DNA of 64,000 bases from the IMG/VR virus record IMGVR_UViG_3300037067_002612, positions 1 through 64,000 of that record; one strand, written 5' to 3'. Both the position numbers and the translations under genes were made by a program. The DNA is from a virus (lineage: Duplodnaviria > Caudoviricetes). Under the pieces are notes generated by a model that worked only from the letters and a program-made list of their open reading frames with translations, did no database searches and was not told the origin of the DNA. Positions 26,904 through 37,138 of the stretch are shown here, in pieces; the first letter of the stretch is position 1, and every line of letters starts with the position of its first letter.

Positions 26904-29900
26904 ATGGAGAAAATACAGTACACTTATGATGAAGCATTGACTGCTAGCGTTGAATACTTTAATGGCGATGAGTTAGGGGCTAAAGTTTTTGTAGATAAAT
27001 ATGCACTGACTGATAATGATGGACATTGTTTGGAAAAAACACCAGCAGACATGCACAGGAGATTAGCAAGAGAATTAGCAAGAAAGGATAAAGAAAAATT
27101 TAAGCAGGAAGCCATAAGTGAAGAAGAAATCTTTTCTTATTTAGATAAGTTTAGATATATTGTACCACAAGGCGGAATACTATATGGATTAGGTAATCCT
27201 TACCAATATGTGAGTTTGGGAAATTGTTTCGTTCCTGGTACTAAAGTATATACTACGTCTGGGGTTAAAAATATAGAAGATGTAAATATTGATGATAAAG
27301 TAGTAACACATGACGGAACATTACAAAATGTCAAACAATTACATAAGAATCCATTAAATGGTAGACAGTTATACACAATTAAGTGTTATCACACACCATC
27401 TGTGACTGTTACTGGTAATCATAAATTTTTGTCAATTTCTAAAGAACAAATCGGCTGGCAAGAAAAACCACAATGGAATACCATTGAATACTTACGTAAT
27501 GGTGATTTTATAGCAATTCCGCATAAAACAGAATACGATAATTATATAGGCGAAATAGATATTAGAGACATATTTCCTCAAGACGATTATGAAATAAATA
27601 CGAGAAAATATCAAATTGAAACAAATAATGAATTCATACAATTAATAACACTTTGGACTAATAATAAAAATCACGATAAGTATAATCGTAGACTACATAG
27701 TCCAGTGAAAAGAAGATGGTCAATAGATAAAGATTTTGCTTATTTTCTTGGTTTATGGTATGGCGATGGATGTATTTTTAGTAATAGCAGTGCTAAAAAC
27801 TTACCTAGTAGGAGTCATAAGGCAAGAACAACAAATTATTGTGTTAAGGGTATTACATTTACTTTTGGGGCACATGAAAAGGAAATTATTGATTTTGTGT
27901 CATGTTATGGAGAAAAACTTTTTGGTTTAAAACCAGATGTAAATTATCACAATGTGAATAAAGACGGGTCTGTACAAATAGTTTTTAATTCTGTATTGGT
28001 GGCAATGGTTTTTGAAAAATTATTTGGTAGATACTGTGATGGTAAAAAAATGTACACGGAAGTGTTTGCATGGCCAAATGAATTAATAAAAAATATGTTA
28101 CAAGGAATCGTTGATTCTGATGGATGTATAACTAGTTATCGTAAGGCCATTACTGTAGTTATGAATAATTATAAATTTTTAGATGATGTATATAATCTTG
28201 CAAGAGCGTTGGGGTATTCCGTTGGGCTCACAAAATGTATAGAAAGTGACAAAAAAAATTATGGTCGATTATCATTTGATGTTGACTGTGATTTAGCAGA
28301 CAATAGTAGAAAATATTATGATGATGATAGAATATCTAGGATAGCAAACGTCAACCAGCAAAGTAGAGCAAAACACACAATAAATATAGACGGATATACA
28401 TTAGTAAAAATTAACAAAAAAACAAAATGTAATATGACCCCAGAATATGTTTATACATTGGGTATAGAAAATAATCATTCATATACTGTTGAGGGATTAA
28501 TTTGTCAAAATTGTTTTGTTGTTCGCAGTCCTGACGATAGCTTTTCATCTATACTTTATACAGACGCCCAAATAGTACACGCATTACGTAGGCGTGGTGG
28601 TATAGGAGTTAATATCTCTAAACTACGTCCCAATGGAACATCAACCAAAAACGCAGCTAAAACCAGTAGTGGACCAGTTTCCTTTTTACATAGGTATTCT
28701 GATTCAATTAGAAATGTATGTATTAATGGTAGACGTGGAGCAGGATTAGCATGTATGAGTGTACATCATCCTGATATTTTAGAATTTATAACATGTAAAA
28801 AAGATTTAACTAAAATTACTGGAATGAATCTTTCTATACAGTTTACTGACGAGTTTTTTAGTGCCCTCAAACAACAAAAAACATATGAATTGCGATGGCC
28901 AGTTGATAGTAAAACACCACAAATTTCTAAACAACAAAATGCTCAAGCATTATGGGATATATTTATACAAAACACAAGAGACCAAGCAGAGCCAGGAGCA
29001 TTGTTTTGGGATACTGTTTTGCGTGAATCTCCTTCTGATTGTTATGAAGAATTTCGTAGTGTCAGTACAAATGTGTGTGGGGAGCAAAATTTATCTGAAT
29101 ATGATAGTTGTAGATTATTGTTAGTCAATGTCTTTTCTTTTGTTGATAATCCATTTACAACAAAAGCAACTTTTAATTGGTCAAAATTTTATAAAATATG
29201 TAGTATAGCACAAAGATTAATGGATAATATTGTTGACCTTGAATTAGAACAAGTACATCGTATTATTAGTAAGATAGAAAGTGACCCAGAACCAAACTAT
29301 GTAAAACAAAGCGAATTAGATTTTTGGCTACATGTATATGACAAATGTGAAAATGGCCGACGAACCGGCACCGGTATGACTGGTGTTGGTGATGTGCTGG
29401 CTGCATTAGGAATTAAATATGACAGCAATAAAGGATTAAAAATTATAGAACGTATTTACAAAACCATGAAATTTGCATGTTATGAAGCATCTGTAGATGT
29501 GGCGGAAAAATTAGGACCATTTCCAAGTTTTGATGCTTCATTGGAGGTCACTTGTCCGTTTTTCCAACGATTCTACGATGAAGAATGTATATTGTCTGAT
29601 AGTATTACGGTGCGTGGTTCAGATATTATGAATAAGATGAAAAAATATGGTCGTCGTAATGTCGCATTACTAACTGCTTCTCCTGCTGGCTCAATGAGTA
29701 TACTTACTCAAACAACTTCTGGTATCGAACCACTATTTATGATGAGTTATACACGAAGAAAAAAGGGTAATCCGAACGATAAAGATTTCCGCGTGGATTA
29801 TACTGATAAAAATGGTGACGCTTGGATGCAATTTGATGCCATACATCCAAAACTACAAACGTGGATGGAAATAACCGGTGAAACAGATATAAGTAAATCT

Positions 29901-30668
29901 CCATATGCTGATAGTTGTGCAGAATCGCTAGATTATATCCAAAGAGTCAAAATACAAGCTGCTATTCAAAAGCATATTTGTTCAAATATTAGTAGTACAG
30001 TTAATTTACCTCATAATATAACAATAGAAGAAGTAGATAAAATTTACAAAACAGCCTATAAACTTGGCACCAAAGGAATAACCATATACCGCAAGGGCTG
30101 TAGGGATGGCGTTATCATAGATAGGACCGACGCACCACTTGACAATAAAAAACCACAGGGTATAATAGTACATGACAGACCTCGCGTTTTACCATGTGAT
30201 GTCCACCACACCACGATAGACGGACGAGAGTATTTCGTTTTAGTCGGTTTATTAAATGGGAAACCATATGAGGTATTTTCTGGTAAAAATGGATGTATAT
30301 CCAAAACAGTAAAGACCGGAACAATAAAACGTAAACGGAAAAACTTTTATATTGCAACTTTTGATGGAACAGACGATGAACTATCTCCTATTACTGCGTC
30401 AACCAATGAAATGGAAGAAGCTATAAGTCGTTTAACCTCACTGGCATTGAGGTCTGGTTCTGAAATGCACAGGGTTGTACAACAATTAGAAAAAGTAGGA
30501 GAAAAAACCACCTTACATAGTTTTGCTCGTGGCATAGCTCGTGTGTTGAAAAAATACATACCAGACGGAACACTAGAAGGAGAAAAATGCCCAGAGTGTA
30601 ATTCTGAGATTATGAGACAAGAGGGTTGTTTGTTATGTAAATCATGTGGATATTCTAAGTGCCTATAA
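26904..30668 (+). CDS. nrdJ: class II (B12-dependent) ribonucleotide reductase, intein-containing
   Basis: SLGN|CFV, RGGIG, RRGA, TNVCGE, R.GTG..G, TSGIEP, KGITIYR.G.R, C-terminal CPEC..EGC..C..CGYSKC. Confidence 0.92.
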   Translation: MEKIQYTYDEALTASVEYFNGDELGAKVFVDKYALTDNDGHCLEKTPADMHRRLARELARKDKEKFKQEAISEEEIFSYLDKFRYIVPQGGILYGLGNPYQYVSLGNCFVPGTKVYTTSGVKNIEDVNIDDKVVTHDGTLQNVKQLHKNPLNGRQLYTIKCYHTPSVTVTGNHKFLSISKEQIGWQEKPQWNTIEYLRNGDFIAIPHKTEYDNYIGEIDIRDIFPQDDYEINTRKYQIETNNEFIQLITLWTNNKNHDKYNRRLHSPVKRRWSIDKDFAYFLGLWYGDGCIFSNSSAKNLPSRSHKARTTNYCVKGITFTFGAHEKEIIDFVSCYGEKLFGLKPDVNYHNVNKDGSVQIVFNSVLVAMVFEKLFGRYCDGKKMYTEVFAWPNELIKNMLQGIVDSDGCITSYRKAITVVMNNYKFLDDVYNLARALGYSVGLTKCIESDKKNYGRLSFDVDCDLADNSRKYYDDDRISRIANVNQQSRAKHTINIDGYTLVKINKKTKCNMTPEYVYTLGIENNHSYTVEGLICQNCFVVRSPDDSFSSILYTDAQIVHALRRRGGIGVNISKLRPNGTSTKNAAKTSSGPVSFLHRYSDSIRNVCINGRRGAGLACMSVHHPDILEFITCKKDLTKITGMNLSIQFTDEFFSALKQQKTYELRWPVDSKTPQISKQQNAQALWDIFIQNTRDQAEPGALFWDTVLRESPSDCYEEFRSVSTNVCGEQNLSEYDSCRLLLVNVFSFVDNPFTTKATFNWSKFYKICSIAQRLMDNIVDLELEQVHRIISKIESDPEPNYVKQSELDFWLHVYDKCENGRRTGTGMTGVGDVLAALGIKYDSNKGLKIIERIYKTMKFACYEASVDVAEKLGPFPSFDASLEVTCPFFQRFYDEECILSDSITVRGSDIMNKMKKYGRRNVALLTASPAGSMSILTQTTSGIEPLFMMSYTRRKKGNPNDKDFRVDYTDKNGDAWMQFDAIHPKLQTWMEITGETDISKSPYADSCAESLDYIQRVKIQAAIQKHICSNISSTVNLPHNITIEEVDKIYKTAYKLGTKGITIYRKGCRDGVIIDRTDAPLDNKKPQGIIVHDRPRVLPCDVHHTTIDGREYFVLVGLLNGKPYEVFSGKNGCISKTVKTGTIKRKRKNFYIATFDGTDDELSPITASTNEMEEAISRLTSLALRSGSEMHRVVQQLEKVGEKTTLHSFARGIARVLKKYIPDGTLEGEKCPECNSEIMRQEGCLLCKSCGYSKCL
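27225..28511 (+). mobile_element. intein with LAGLIDADG endonuclease in NrdJ (429 aa)
   Basis: CFVPGT...VTGNHKF...LGLWYGDG...LQGIVDSDG...VYTLGIE...LICQN|C. Confidence 0.9.
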
Positions 30669-30679
30669 GGATATATAAT

Positions 30680-30883
30680 ATGCATTATCAAGAAACTGAA
30701 TACGGTTTTGAATATGGTGCGGCTAAAATAACACGTATGTGTAGTGATGATAATAAGGGATGGATTACATTAGGTATAGAAACACCTAAAAAAATTCTAC
30801 AAATATATATAACGAAAACTGGTAAAATTCGTATACATGATTCTAATGGTGAGTGGTGTCCACCAGATAAAAAACAGGAATAA
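30680..30883 (+). CDS. hypothetical protein
   Basis: ET.YGFEYG...QIYITKTGKIR. Confidence 0.6.
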   Translation: MHYQETEYGFEYGAAKITRMCSDDNKGWITLGIETPKKILQIYITKTGKIRIHDSNGEWCPPDKKQE

Positions 30884-30885
30884 AA

Positions 30886-31968
30886 ATGAGTAGGCATATT
30901 GAGGATATTCTGAATATCAAAATCAATGATATTTGGCGGTCTATGTTTGTTGACAACGGATATATTTCTTGTCGCCCTCATCCTGATGAACATTTATTTA
31001 TTCTGAACTATACTCCACAATGTCAAATTGAGTGGTATTGGACACCAGAAACAATTGCTTGTCGTGGTCTTATCATCAATGAAGATGGTAATGTAATAGC
31101 CCGTCCATTCGCCAAATTCTTTACATTAGAACAGTATAAATCTATTAAAGATAAAATGCCAGCATTATATGGTATGGATTATTCAGATTTATTTAAGAAT
31201 TCTTTTAAAACATATGAAAAGGTTGATGGGTCATTAGGCATATTATATAAACGTCAAGACGGGTCATATGATATAGCCACCCGTGGTTCCTTTGTATCAG
31301 AGCAAGCTCAAAGAGCAACTGAAATTCTGCACCAAAATTATTCTGATATACAATTCAATACTGACGACTATACCTATTTATTTGAAATTGTATACCCAGA
31401 AAACAGCACTACTATTGTGAATTATGGTGATACTACCGATATTATTTTGTTGGATGTTTTGAATATTGATACCGGACATAGTTGTCAGGACGAAATTGAC
31501 CGTCTTAGAATATTAGCCGTTCCGTATGTCAATGAATATTATTTTAATAGTGTAGATGATGTTCTGTGTTTCCAAGAACATAATGCTGAGGGTTTTGTAT
31601 TAAAATTTGACAACGAGATAAGAGTGAAAGTAAAATTTGAGGAATATTTACTTTGGCAAAGAGCGGCTGTTGATATTAGCCCCAAGAGAATTTGGCAAAA
31701 ACTACATGATGGTGAACCATTATACCCCCCTGCACTTCCTGCTCATTTAGTTGGAAAAATTAAGGAAATTGCCCAAGCCTTTAATGAAAAATACAGTATT
31801 ATACAAACAGAAATTGATAACTTTATTGCAACAAAGATTGAGCCATATATTGCAACTAAAAAAGATATAGCTATCTTGTATCCAGACCATCCATATAAAC
31901 ATATATTTTTTTTATATTTAGATAATAAATCTTATAAACAAGCTATATGGAAATTGTTGAAACCATGA
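30886..31968 (+). CDS. RNA ligase (T4 Rnl1-like)
   Basis: CRGLI, RPF.KFF, EKVDGS (adenylated Lys), ATRGSF, FEI, EGFV, KVK. Confidence 0.88.
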   Translation: MSRHIEDILNIKINDIWRSMFVDNGYISCRPHPDEHLFILNYTPQCQIEWYWTPETIACRGLIINEDGNVIARPFAKFFTLEQYKSIKDKMPALYGMDYSDLFKNSFKTYEKVDGSLGILYKRQDGSYDIATRGSFVSEQAQRATEILHQNYSDIQFNTDDYTYLFEIVYPENSTTIVNYGDTTDIILLDVLNIDTGHSCQDEIDRLRILAVPYVNEYYFNSVDDVLCFQEHNAEGFVLKFDNEIRVKVKFEEYLLWQRAAVDISPKRIWQKLHDGEPLYPPALPAHLVGKIKEIAQAFNEKYSIIQTEIDNFIATKIEPYIATKKDIAILYPDHPYKHIFFLYLDNKSYKQAIWKLLKP

Positions 31969-32273
31969 TACTACATTGTGCAATATCATTAGATAGAGAA
32001 AAGTTTTTACAGTTTAAAAGTGACGCCTTAAATAAACTTGTGGATGGAGCGGTATATAATGCACGGTTATTAAATCCAGAGCCAAATTTACTAAAAAACT
32101 ATATTTGGAAGTATTTACTACAATCGCATGGTCTGCGTCAAAACGATGATAATTCAGTGTTACTATGGTTACAAGAACACACGGCCAAGTCAATAGGTTT
32201 GTTTATTTATGTAGACGTAAATGATAATATAGGATTTGCTTTAAGAAACGCTGACGAATTTAGAACACACTAA
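31965..32273 (+). CDS. hypothetical protein
   Basis: ORF between ligase and PNK. Confidence 0.55.
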   Translation: MILHCAISLDREKFLQFKSDALNKLVDGAVYNARLLNPEPNLLKNYIWKYLLQSHGLRQNDDNSVLLWLQEHTAKSIGLFIYVDVNDNIGFALRNADEFRTH

Positions 32274-32289
32274 TACAGGAATCGAAAAC

Positions 32290-33210
32290 ATGGGACAAGA
32301 AGTAATTATTTTACGTGGTTTGCCAGCATCGGGTAAAACAACATGGTCGCTAAATTATATTAGTGAACATCCAGAATATATTAGAATAAATAAAGATGAA
32401 ATTAGAAAAATTATCCATCACGACGTTTATTCTAAGGAAAATGAAAAGATAACACTACATATTCGTGATATTCTTATAAACAGTTGTTTAAACAAGGGTG
32501 AATCTATTATAATAGACGATACAAATTTAAATCCGTTCCACGAACAGTGTATAAGGCAATTGGTTAAACAATATAATAAAGAAAACAACACTAATATTGC
32601 TATAAGTATTGTGGATTTTCCAGTGTCAGTAGAAGAATGTATTCAACGGGACGGCGATAGAATGTGCAGTGTCGGTAAGTATGTTATAGAAAAAATGTCA
32701 AAACGATGGGATTATCCTCAAAAATTATCACATCAAATACCTGAAATCGACGTAGAAACATTTCTAAAGGATAAAAGAACTCCTTGTATTATCTATGATT
32801 TAGATGGTACTGCCGCCATTACGGGAGATAGATGTATTTATGATGCATCTAATTGTGACAAAATAGACCGATGCAATAATCCGCTACAAACCATATTACA
32901 AATGGTTAAGACATATTATGACATTAATGATGCCCCAATAGTATTTATCGCGTTGTCTGGCCGTAAAGAAGAATATCGTGCCCCGACAATAAGATTTTTA
33001 GACCAATACAGTTTTCCATATCATAAATTATATATGAGGAACAATGATGATAATCGCAAAGATAGTGTGATAAAAAAAGAAATTTTTGAAAAACATATAG
33101 CACCACATTATAAAACACTGGTCGTGTTTGACGATAGAAATCAAGTAGTAGATATGTGGAGAAATGAATTGCATATTCCATGCTTTCAGGTAAATTATGG
33201 TGATTTTTAA
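32290..33210 (+). CDS. pseT: polynucleotide 5'-kinase/3'-phosphatase (T4 PseT-like)
   Basis: GLPASGKTT, DDTN, HAD DLDGT, SGR, FDDR.QVV.MWR. Confidence 0.9.
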   Translation: MGQEVIILRGLPASGKTTWSLNYISEHPEYIRINKDEIRKIIHHDVYSKENEKITLHIRDILINSCLNKGESIIIDDTNLNPFHEQCIRQLVKQYNKENNTNIAISIVDFPVSVEECIQRDGDRMCSVGKYVIEKMSKRWDYPQKLSHQIPEIDVETFLKDKRTPCIIYDLDGTAAITGDRCIYDASNCDKIDRCNNPLQTILQMVKTYYDINDAPIVFIALSGRKEEYRAPTIRFLDQYSFPYHKLYMRNNDDNRKDSVIKKEIFEKHIAPHYKTLVVFDDRNQVVDMWRNELHIPCFQVNYGDF

Positions 33211-33251
33211 ATAAAAATAAGCAGAAAGTGTGTATAGGAGTATATCATCTT

Positions 33252-33662
33252 ATGATTATGTATATTTATCAATGTGACGATTGCGGTAAAACATTCGAGA
33301 TAGGTCAAAGTATTAAGGATGACAGATTAACCAATTGCCCTGAATGTAATAGTACAAATTTTTATAGATTAATTCAAATGCCATTATATGTAAGAGTAAT
33401 CGGCGAACCAACCACGGTAGGACAATTAGCAGAACGTAACAAAAAAACATTATCTAGTGAGCAAATAGCAAAGCTAAAAGAAGAAAATAAAACCAAAAAA
33501 ACGATTAGTCGAATACCACATGACCAACTTCCTGCTCATACTAAGCTCCGCAAGAAAGAACCGTTACCAGAATGGATGGCGAAAGCAAGAACTAAAACAC
33601 ATAAAGATATATTAAAAATGTCTCCTAAACAAATAGAAAAGTATATACATACTGGTGAGTAG
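33252..33662 (+). CDS. FmdB-family zinc-ribbon protein
   Basis: Y.YQCDDCG..FE......CPEC. Confidence 0.75.
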   Translation: MIMYIYQCDDCGKTFEIGQSIKDDRLTNCPECNSTNFYRLIQMPLYVRVIGEPTTVGQLAERNKKTLSSEQIAKLKEENKTKKTISRIPHDQLPAHTKLRKKEPLPEWMAKARTKTHKDILKMSPKQIEKYIHTGE

Positions 33663-33668
33663 ACTGAA

Positions 33669-34076
33669 ATGGACTTTACATTTTTATTATTGACAATATT
33701 AACCTCACATATTAACCCCAATTATAATTTACAACCGACGCTAGCACCTAAAAATATTATTATAGAAAATTATTCTTCATTGCCACATGAGATAACAATT
33801 GAACTAAACGGCGGTTATATCAATACTGTATATCCATATAGAATATATTGTGTTTATAAATCCAGCAAATATGGTAGTTTATTGATAGGGCATATTTATA
33901 TTGTAGATGATTTTAATGAATATCTGAATGATTATGATAGCCATTATGAAGAATATTATATGTTGTTTACGGAACCTGAACAATGGACATGTGTATTTAA
34001 ATATATAACTAGTCAACACACGGGATATGGAGTCGGTTTACAAAAAGTTGGACAATTTATATTAAATAAATATTGA
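33669..34076 (+). CDS. hypothetical protein
   Basis: ORF with hydrophobic N-terminus. Confidence 0.5.
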   Translation: MDFTFLLLTILTSHINPNYNLQPTLAPKNIIIENYSSLPHEITIELNGGYINTVYPYRIYCVYKSSKYGSLLIGHIYIVDDFNEYLNDYDSHYEEYYMLFTEPEQWTCVFKYITSQHTGYGVGLQKVGQFILNKY

Positions 34077-34083
34077 AGAATAT

Positions 34084-34695
34084 ATGAAGCTTATTGATAT
34101 TATAACAAAAAAAGATATTGCTATAGTTGGTGGTTCTACATCTATACTATCAGCTAAACAAGGAGAGACGATAGATTCACATGATTGTGTGATACGACTA
34201 AACTTACGCTTTCCAAATAGTAATGAATATGAATCAGTCGGTAAAAAAACCACATTATTCTACTGTGGTGCAATCTTACGAATAACTAATAAGCGTTTAA
34301 TAGAATATGCTAAAATTACTAATTTATTAAAATTACAAAAAGAATGGCAAATAAAGGGAACTGCAAATGGTATTCCGTGTTTTCTATATAATGAAGCAAT
34401 TCAACAAAAGTTAATTGGTCATATTAACATATTTAATGCTAATGAACCATATGTAGATAATTTATTAATCCCTAATACTGGAATGGTATGTATTTATGAT
34501 TGTTTGATTTCCCATGCCTTAAAAATTACATTATATGGTTTTGACGCATTTACTACACCTAATAGATACAGTGGTTTTATGCCTAATCACAAATTTCTTA
34601 ATAGTATGCAACAAAGACTGAGATTTCTTCTAAATAATCATTTGGTATGTCCAGATATAATACTTGAGAAAATGAGACATAATGGACAAATATAA
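34084..34695 (+). CDS. GT29 sialyltransferase-like protein
   Basis: sialylmotif L-like AIVG......G..IDSHD.VIRLN...VG.KT; sialylmotif S-like PNTG......I.LYGFD. Confidence 0.7.
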   Translation: MKLIDIITKKDIAIVGGSTSILSAKQGETIDSHDCVIRLNLRFPNSNEYESVGKKTTLFYCGAILRITNKRLIEYAKITNLLKLQKEWQIKGTANGIPCFLYNEAIQQKLIGHINIFNANEPYVDNLLIPNTGMVCIYDCLISHALKITLYGFDAFTTPNRYSGFMPNHKFLNSMQQRLRFLLNNHLVCPDIILEKMRHNGQI

Positions 34696-35368
34696 TATAG
34701 TGGGATTAATTCCAGTCAAAGGTAATAGTTCCAGAATTCCAAATAAGAACATTAGACCATTTGCAGACACAACATTATTAGATATAAAAATCAAACAACT
34801 ATTATCTTTGCAGGAGTTGGGATTTATAGATAAAGTTTTTGTTAATTCTGACTCAAATGAAATCTTAAGTATAGCGGAATCATATATAGATGTTGTTCGT
34901 ATTAAAAGACCAGATGGATTAGACGCAACGTGTTTTAATTTGAGTATAATGCAAGGAATATTACAAGATATAAATTCTGAGTCTATTGTATTATGTCAGG
35001 TAACATCACCATTTATTATGATACAAACACTTAAAAAATGTATCAATACATATTTATTGTTGGCATCAGATAAATATTTTCCTATAATTCAAACAGTTAA
35101 TCAAATAAAAAAGTTTGTTTTATTAGGAACGGTAGACGGCCTTCAACCAATAAATTATAATGTGAATAAATTTGTTGCCACACAAAATATAAATGACACA
35201 TATGTATTAAATGGTGGTTGTTTTGTATTTAATAGGAAATTGGCAATGGTAGAATGGCCCATTAAGCAAAAAAGATTTATTGAAACATCTGAGTATGAAG
35301 GTGTAGATATTGATTCAATACTAGACTTTGCAATAGCGGAATTTTTATGGGTCAAAGATTATAAATAA
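34682..35368 (+). CDS. acylneuraminate cytidylyltransferase (NeuA-like)
   Basis: IPVKGNSSRIPNKN, VNSD, KRP, QVTSPF, DID...DF. Confidence 0.85.
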   Translation: MDKYNIVGLIPVKGNSSRIPNKNIRPFADTTLLDIKIKQLLSLQELGFIDKVFVNSDSNEILSIAESYIDVVRIKRPDGLDATCFNLSIMQGILQDINSESIVLCQVTSPFIMIQTLKKCINTYLLLASDKYFPIIQTVNQIKKFVLLGTVDGLQPINYNVNKFVATQNINDTYVLNGGCFVFNRKLAMVEWPIKQKRFIETSEYEGVDIDSILDFAIAEFLWVKDYK

Positions 35369-35380
35369 GAAAGGTATATA

Positions 35381-35722
35381 ATGCCGACTACTATGTGTGT
35401 GACACAAGATGGAACTCAAGTAACAACTAAAACATCTGATGTTATTGCCGATACTAAAGAATCATGTCAAGCCATTGTCACTACACAGATAGCAATTTGT
35501 GAACCAATGACTGACGGGCAATGGAAACTAATTGCAGCTTTCAAAGATAATTATAATATTGTGTTAAAAGAAAGAGAACCAGACAAAGCCAAAGAAGAAG
35601 TTATTCAAGCAATAGAGGAGATAAAAAATAAATGGAAAAAAGAAAACCGCATTGTATGCTTAGAAAATTTTCTGACATGTCCGAAGATTCCAGAGCCCTC
35701 GTCAACGGAGATAAAAGAATAA
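35381..35722 (+). CDS. hypothetical protein
   Basis: ORF with SD. Confidence 0.5.
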   Translation: MPTTMCVTQDGTQVTTKTSDVIADTKESCQAIVTTQIAICEPMTDGQWKLIAAFKDNYNIVLKEREPDKAKEEVIQAIEEIKNKWKKENRIVCLENFLTCPKIPEPSSTEIKE

Positions 35723-35976
35723 TAACGTGCTCTAATTGTGGTAAAGAATTAGCTGAAATATGGATGATACGACCTAATTTACCAATACAAAGTAATATTG
35801 TGTGTTTATGTCCATTTTGTGGTGATAAATCGTTTGTATTTGAGTGTGGTGGACAATATTGTTTAGGAATTCCAGAAAATAGTGGTGTGGTATTAGCCAA
35901 TATCGAAACAACCACTGACACTAATAAAGACAATAGTGTATCTCAAAATGTTATAGTTGATGTTCGTAAAAAATAA
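35632..35976 (+). CDS. zinc-finger protein
   Basis: CSNCG...CPFCGDKSF; start uncertain. Confidence 0.6.
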   Translation: MEKRKPHCMLRKFSDMSEDSRALVNGDKRIITCSNCGKELAEIWMIRPNLPIQSNIVCLCPFCGDKSFVFECGGQYCLGIPENSGVVLANIETTTDTNKDNSVSQNVIVDVRKK

Positions 35977-35989
35977 GGAGATATAATAT

Positions 35990-36349
35990 ATGACAGAATT
36001 TTTGTGTAAAAAAAAAGAAAACACGTCCACGGCTGTTGGATATGGAACCACTGTAGATATTGACCCTGTAACCAACAGTGTTGGTCTTGTGCCAATACCG
36101 GTTGACGATATAAACTGTTATGCTAAAATAATACAACACAACGCAACCACACGAGTATGTCTACTGCGATTAAATATATACGGTAAATTAGCCGACCCGT
36201 GGGGTGATTATACACAAGGCTCTATACGTAATCAAGATATTAAATTCGTGCATACTACAGAAGACACTTTTATGAAATATCTTAAATATCTTGCCACTAA
36301 AAACAAAGCATTATTACATATATGTGAAAGGGAAATGAAAGATGCGTAG
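35990..36349 (+). CDS. hypothetical protein
   Basis: AGGAG SD; F.KYL.YL.TKN motif. Confidence 0.6.
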   Translation: MTEFLCKKKENTSTAVGYGTTVDIDPVTNSVGLVPIPVDDINCYAKIIQHNATTRVCLLRLNIYGKLADPWGDYTQGSIRNQDIKFVHTTEDTFMKYLKYLATKNKALLHICEREMKDA

Positions 36350-36707
36350 ACAATTAACCAAAGTTGAAAAAGCCTATATCGACCAAAATCACGCAACTAT
36401 GTCAGTAGATGAACTGTGTGGTGATATGCAGGGCGTTGGGCCTAAAACCGTTCAAGCGTATATTGATGATGAAGTTTTACCCAAAAAGCAAAATACTGAA
36501 AATATGGATGAATATCATAGCCAAATTCAAAAACGCACTGGATTACAAGCTGGAAATTTAATGGGTCGAGACCCTAGTCGGGGCATAGCGGTTATGACCG
36601 AAGCTGCGTCTACTGTATCTGATGCCCATCGAGGTAAAAATACTAAAACCGCCGCTACAAGTAAAGATAGAATTTTTGTTATGGACCCCAGTAAACCTAC
36701 TCGATAA
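36342..36707 (+). CDS. hypothetical protein with possible N-terminal HTH
   Basis: LTKVEKAYI...MSVDELC...KTVQAYI; MTEAAS..SD. Confidence 0.55.
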   Translation: MRRQLTKVEKAYIDQNHATMSVDELCGDMQGVGPKTVQAYIDDEVLPKKQNTENMDEYHSQIQKRTGLQAGNLMGRDPSRGIAVMTEAASTVSDAHRGKNTKTAATSKDRIFVMDPSKPTR

Positions 36708-36712
36708 TTAAC

Positions 36713-37132
36713 ATGTTATGTACTAACAGTGATGATTTTATTGCCGATAAATGTATTTGGGTGGCTGAATTACAAGATGGAACCAAAGTTTTTCAAGATG
36801 ATGATAGACCCGGACTTGAAGAACCAAGTGCGTGGAAGAGATTATCACAATATATCAAAAAAAATCCGCATAATCCAATTGTTGGTTTTCGTTTGAGGTT
36901 TCGTAGTAATGTAGTATATCTGCCTAACCATCAAAGCTTTTATTTTTATTCACATGGTCTTGTGCAGGTTACGCCAAATACAAATAATTCAGCTTTTCAT
37001 ATTGTGGGATGGCCACACAAAACAGACCAAGTAATGTGTGAATGGTATAGAGTACCTGAGTTAATACTGATGAGACGTGTTTATAAAGACTTGGATAAAT
37101 GTAAAGCGGACCAAATTATATATAATTTTTAG
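36713..37132 (+). CDS. conserved phage hypothetical protein
   Basis: W...L.DG..V.QDDDRPG...SAW.RL. Confidence 0.65.
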   Translation: MLCTNSDDFIADKCIWVAELQDGTKVFQDDDRPGLEEPSAWKRLSQYIKKNPHNPIVGFRLRFRSNVVYLPNHQSFYFYSHGLVQVTPNTNNSAFHIVGWPHKTDQVMCEWYRVPELILMRRVYKDLDKCKADQIIYNF

Positions 37133-37138
37133 TTTATA

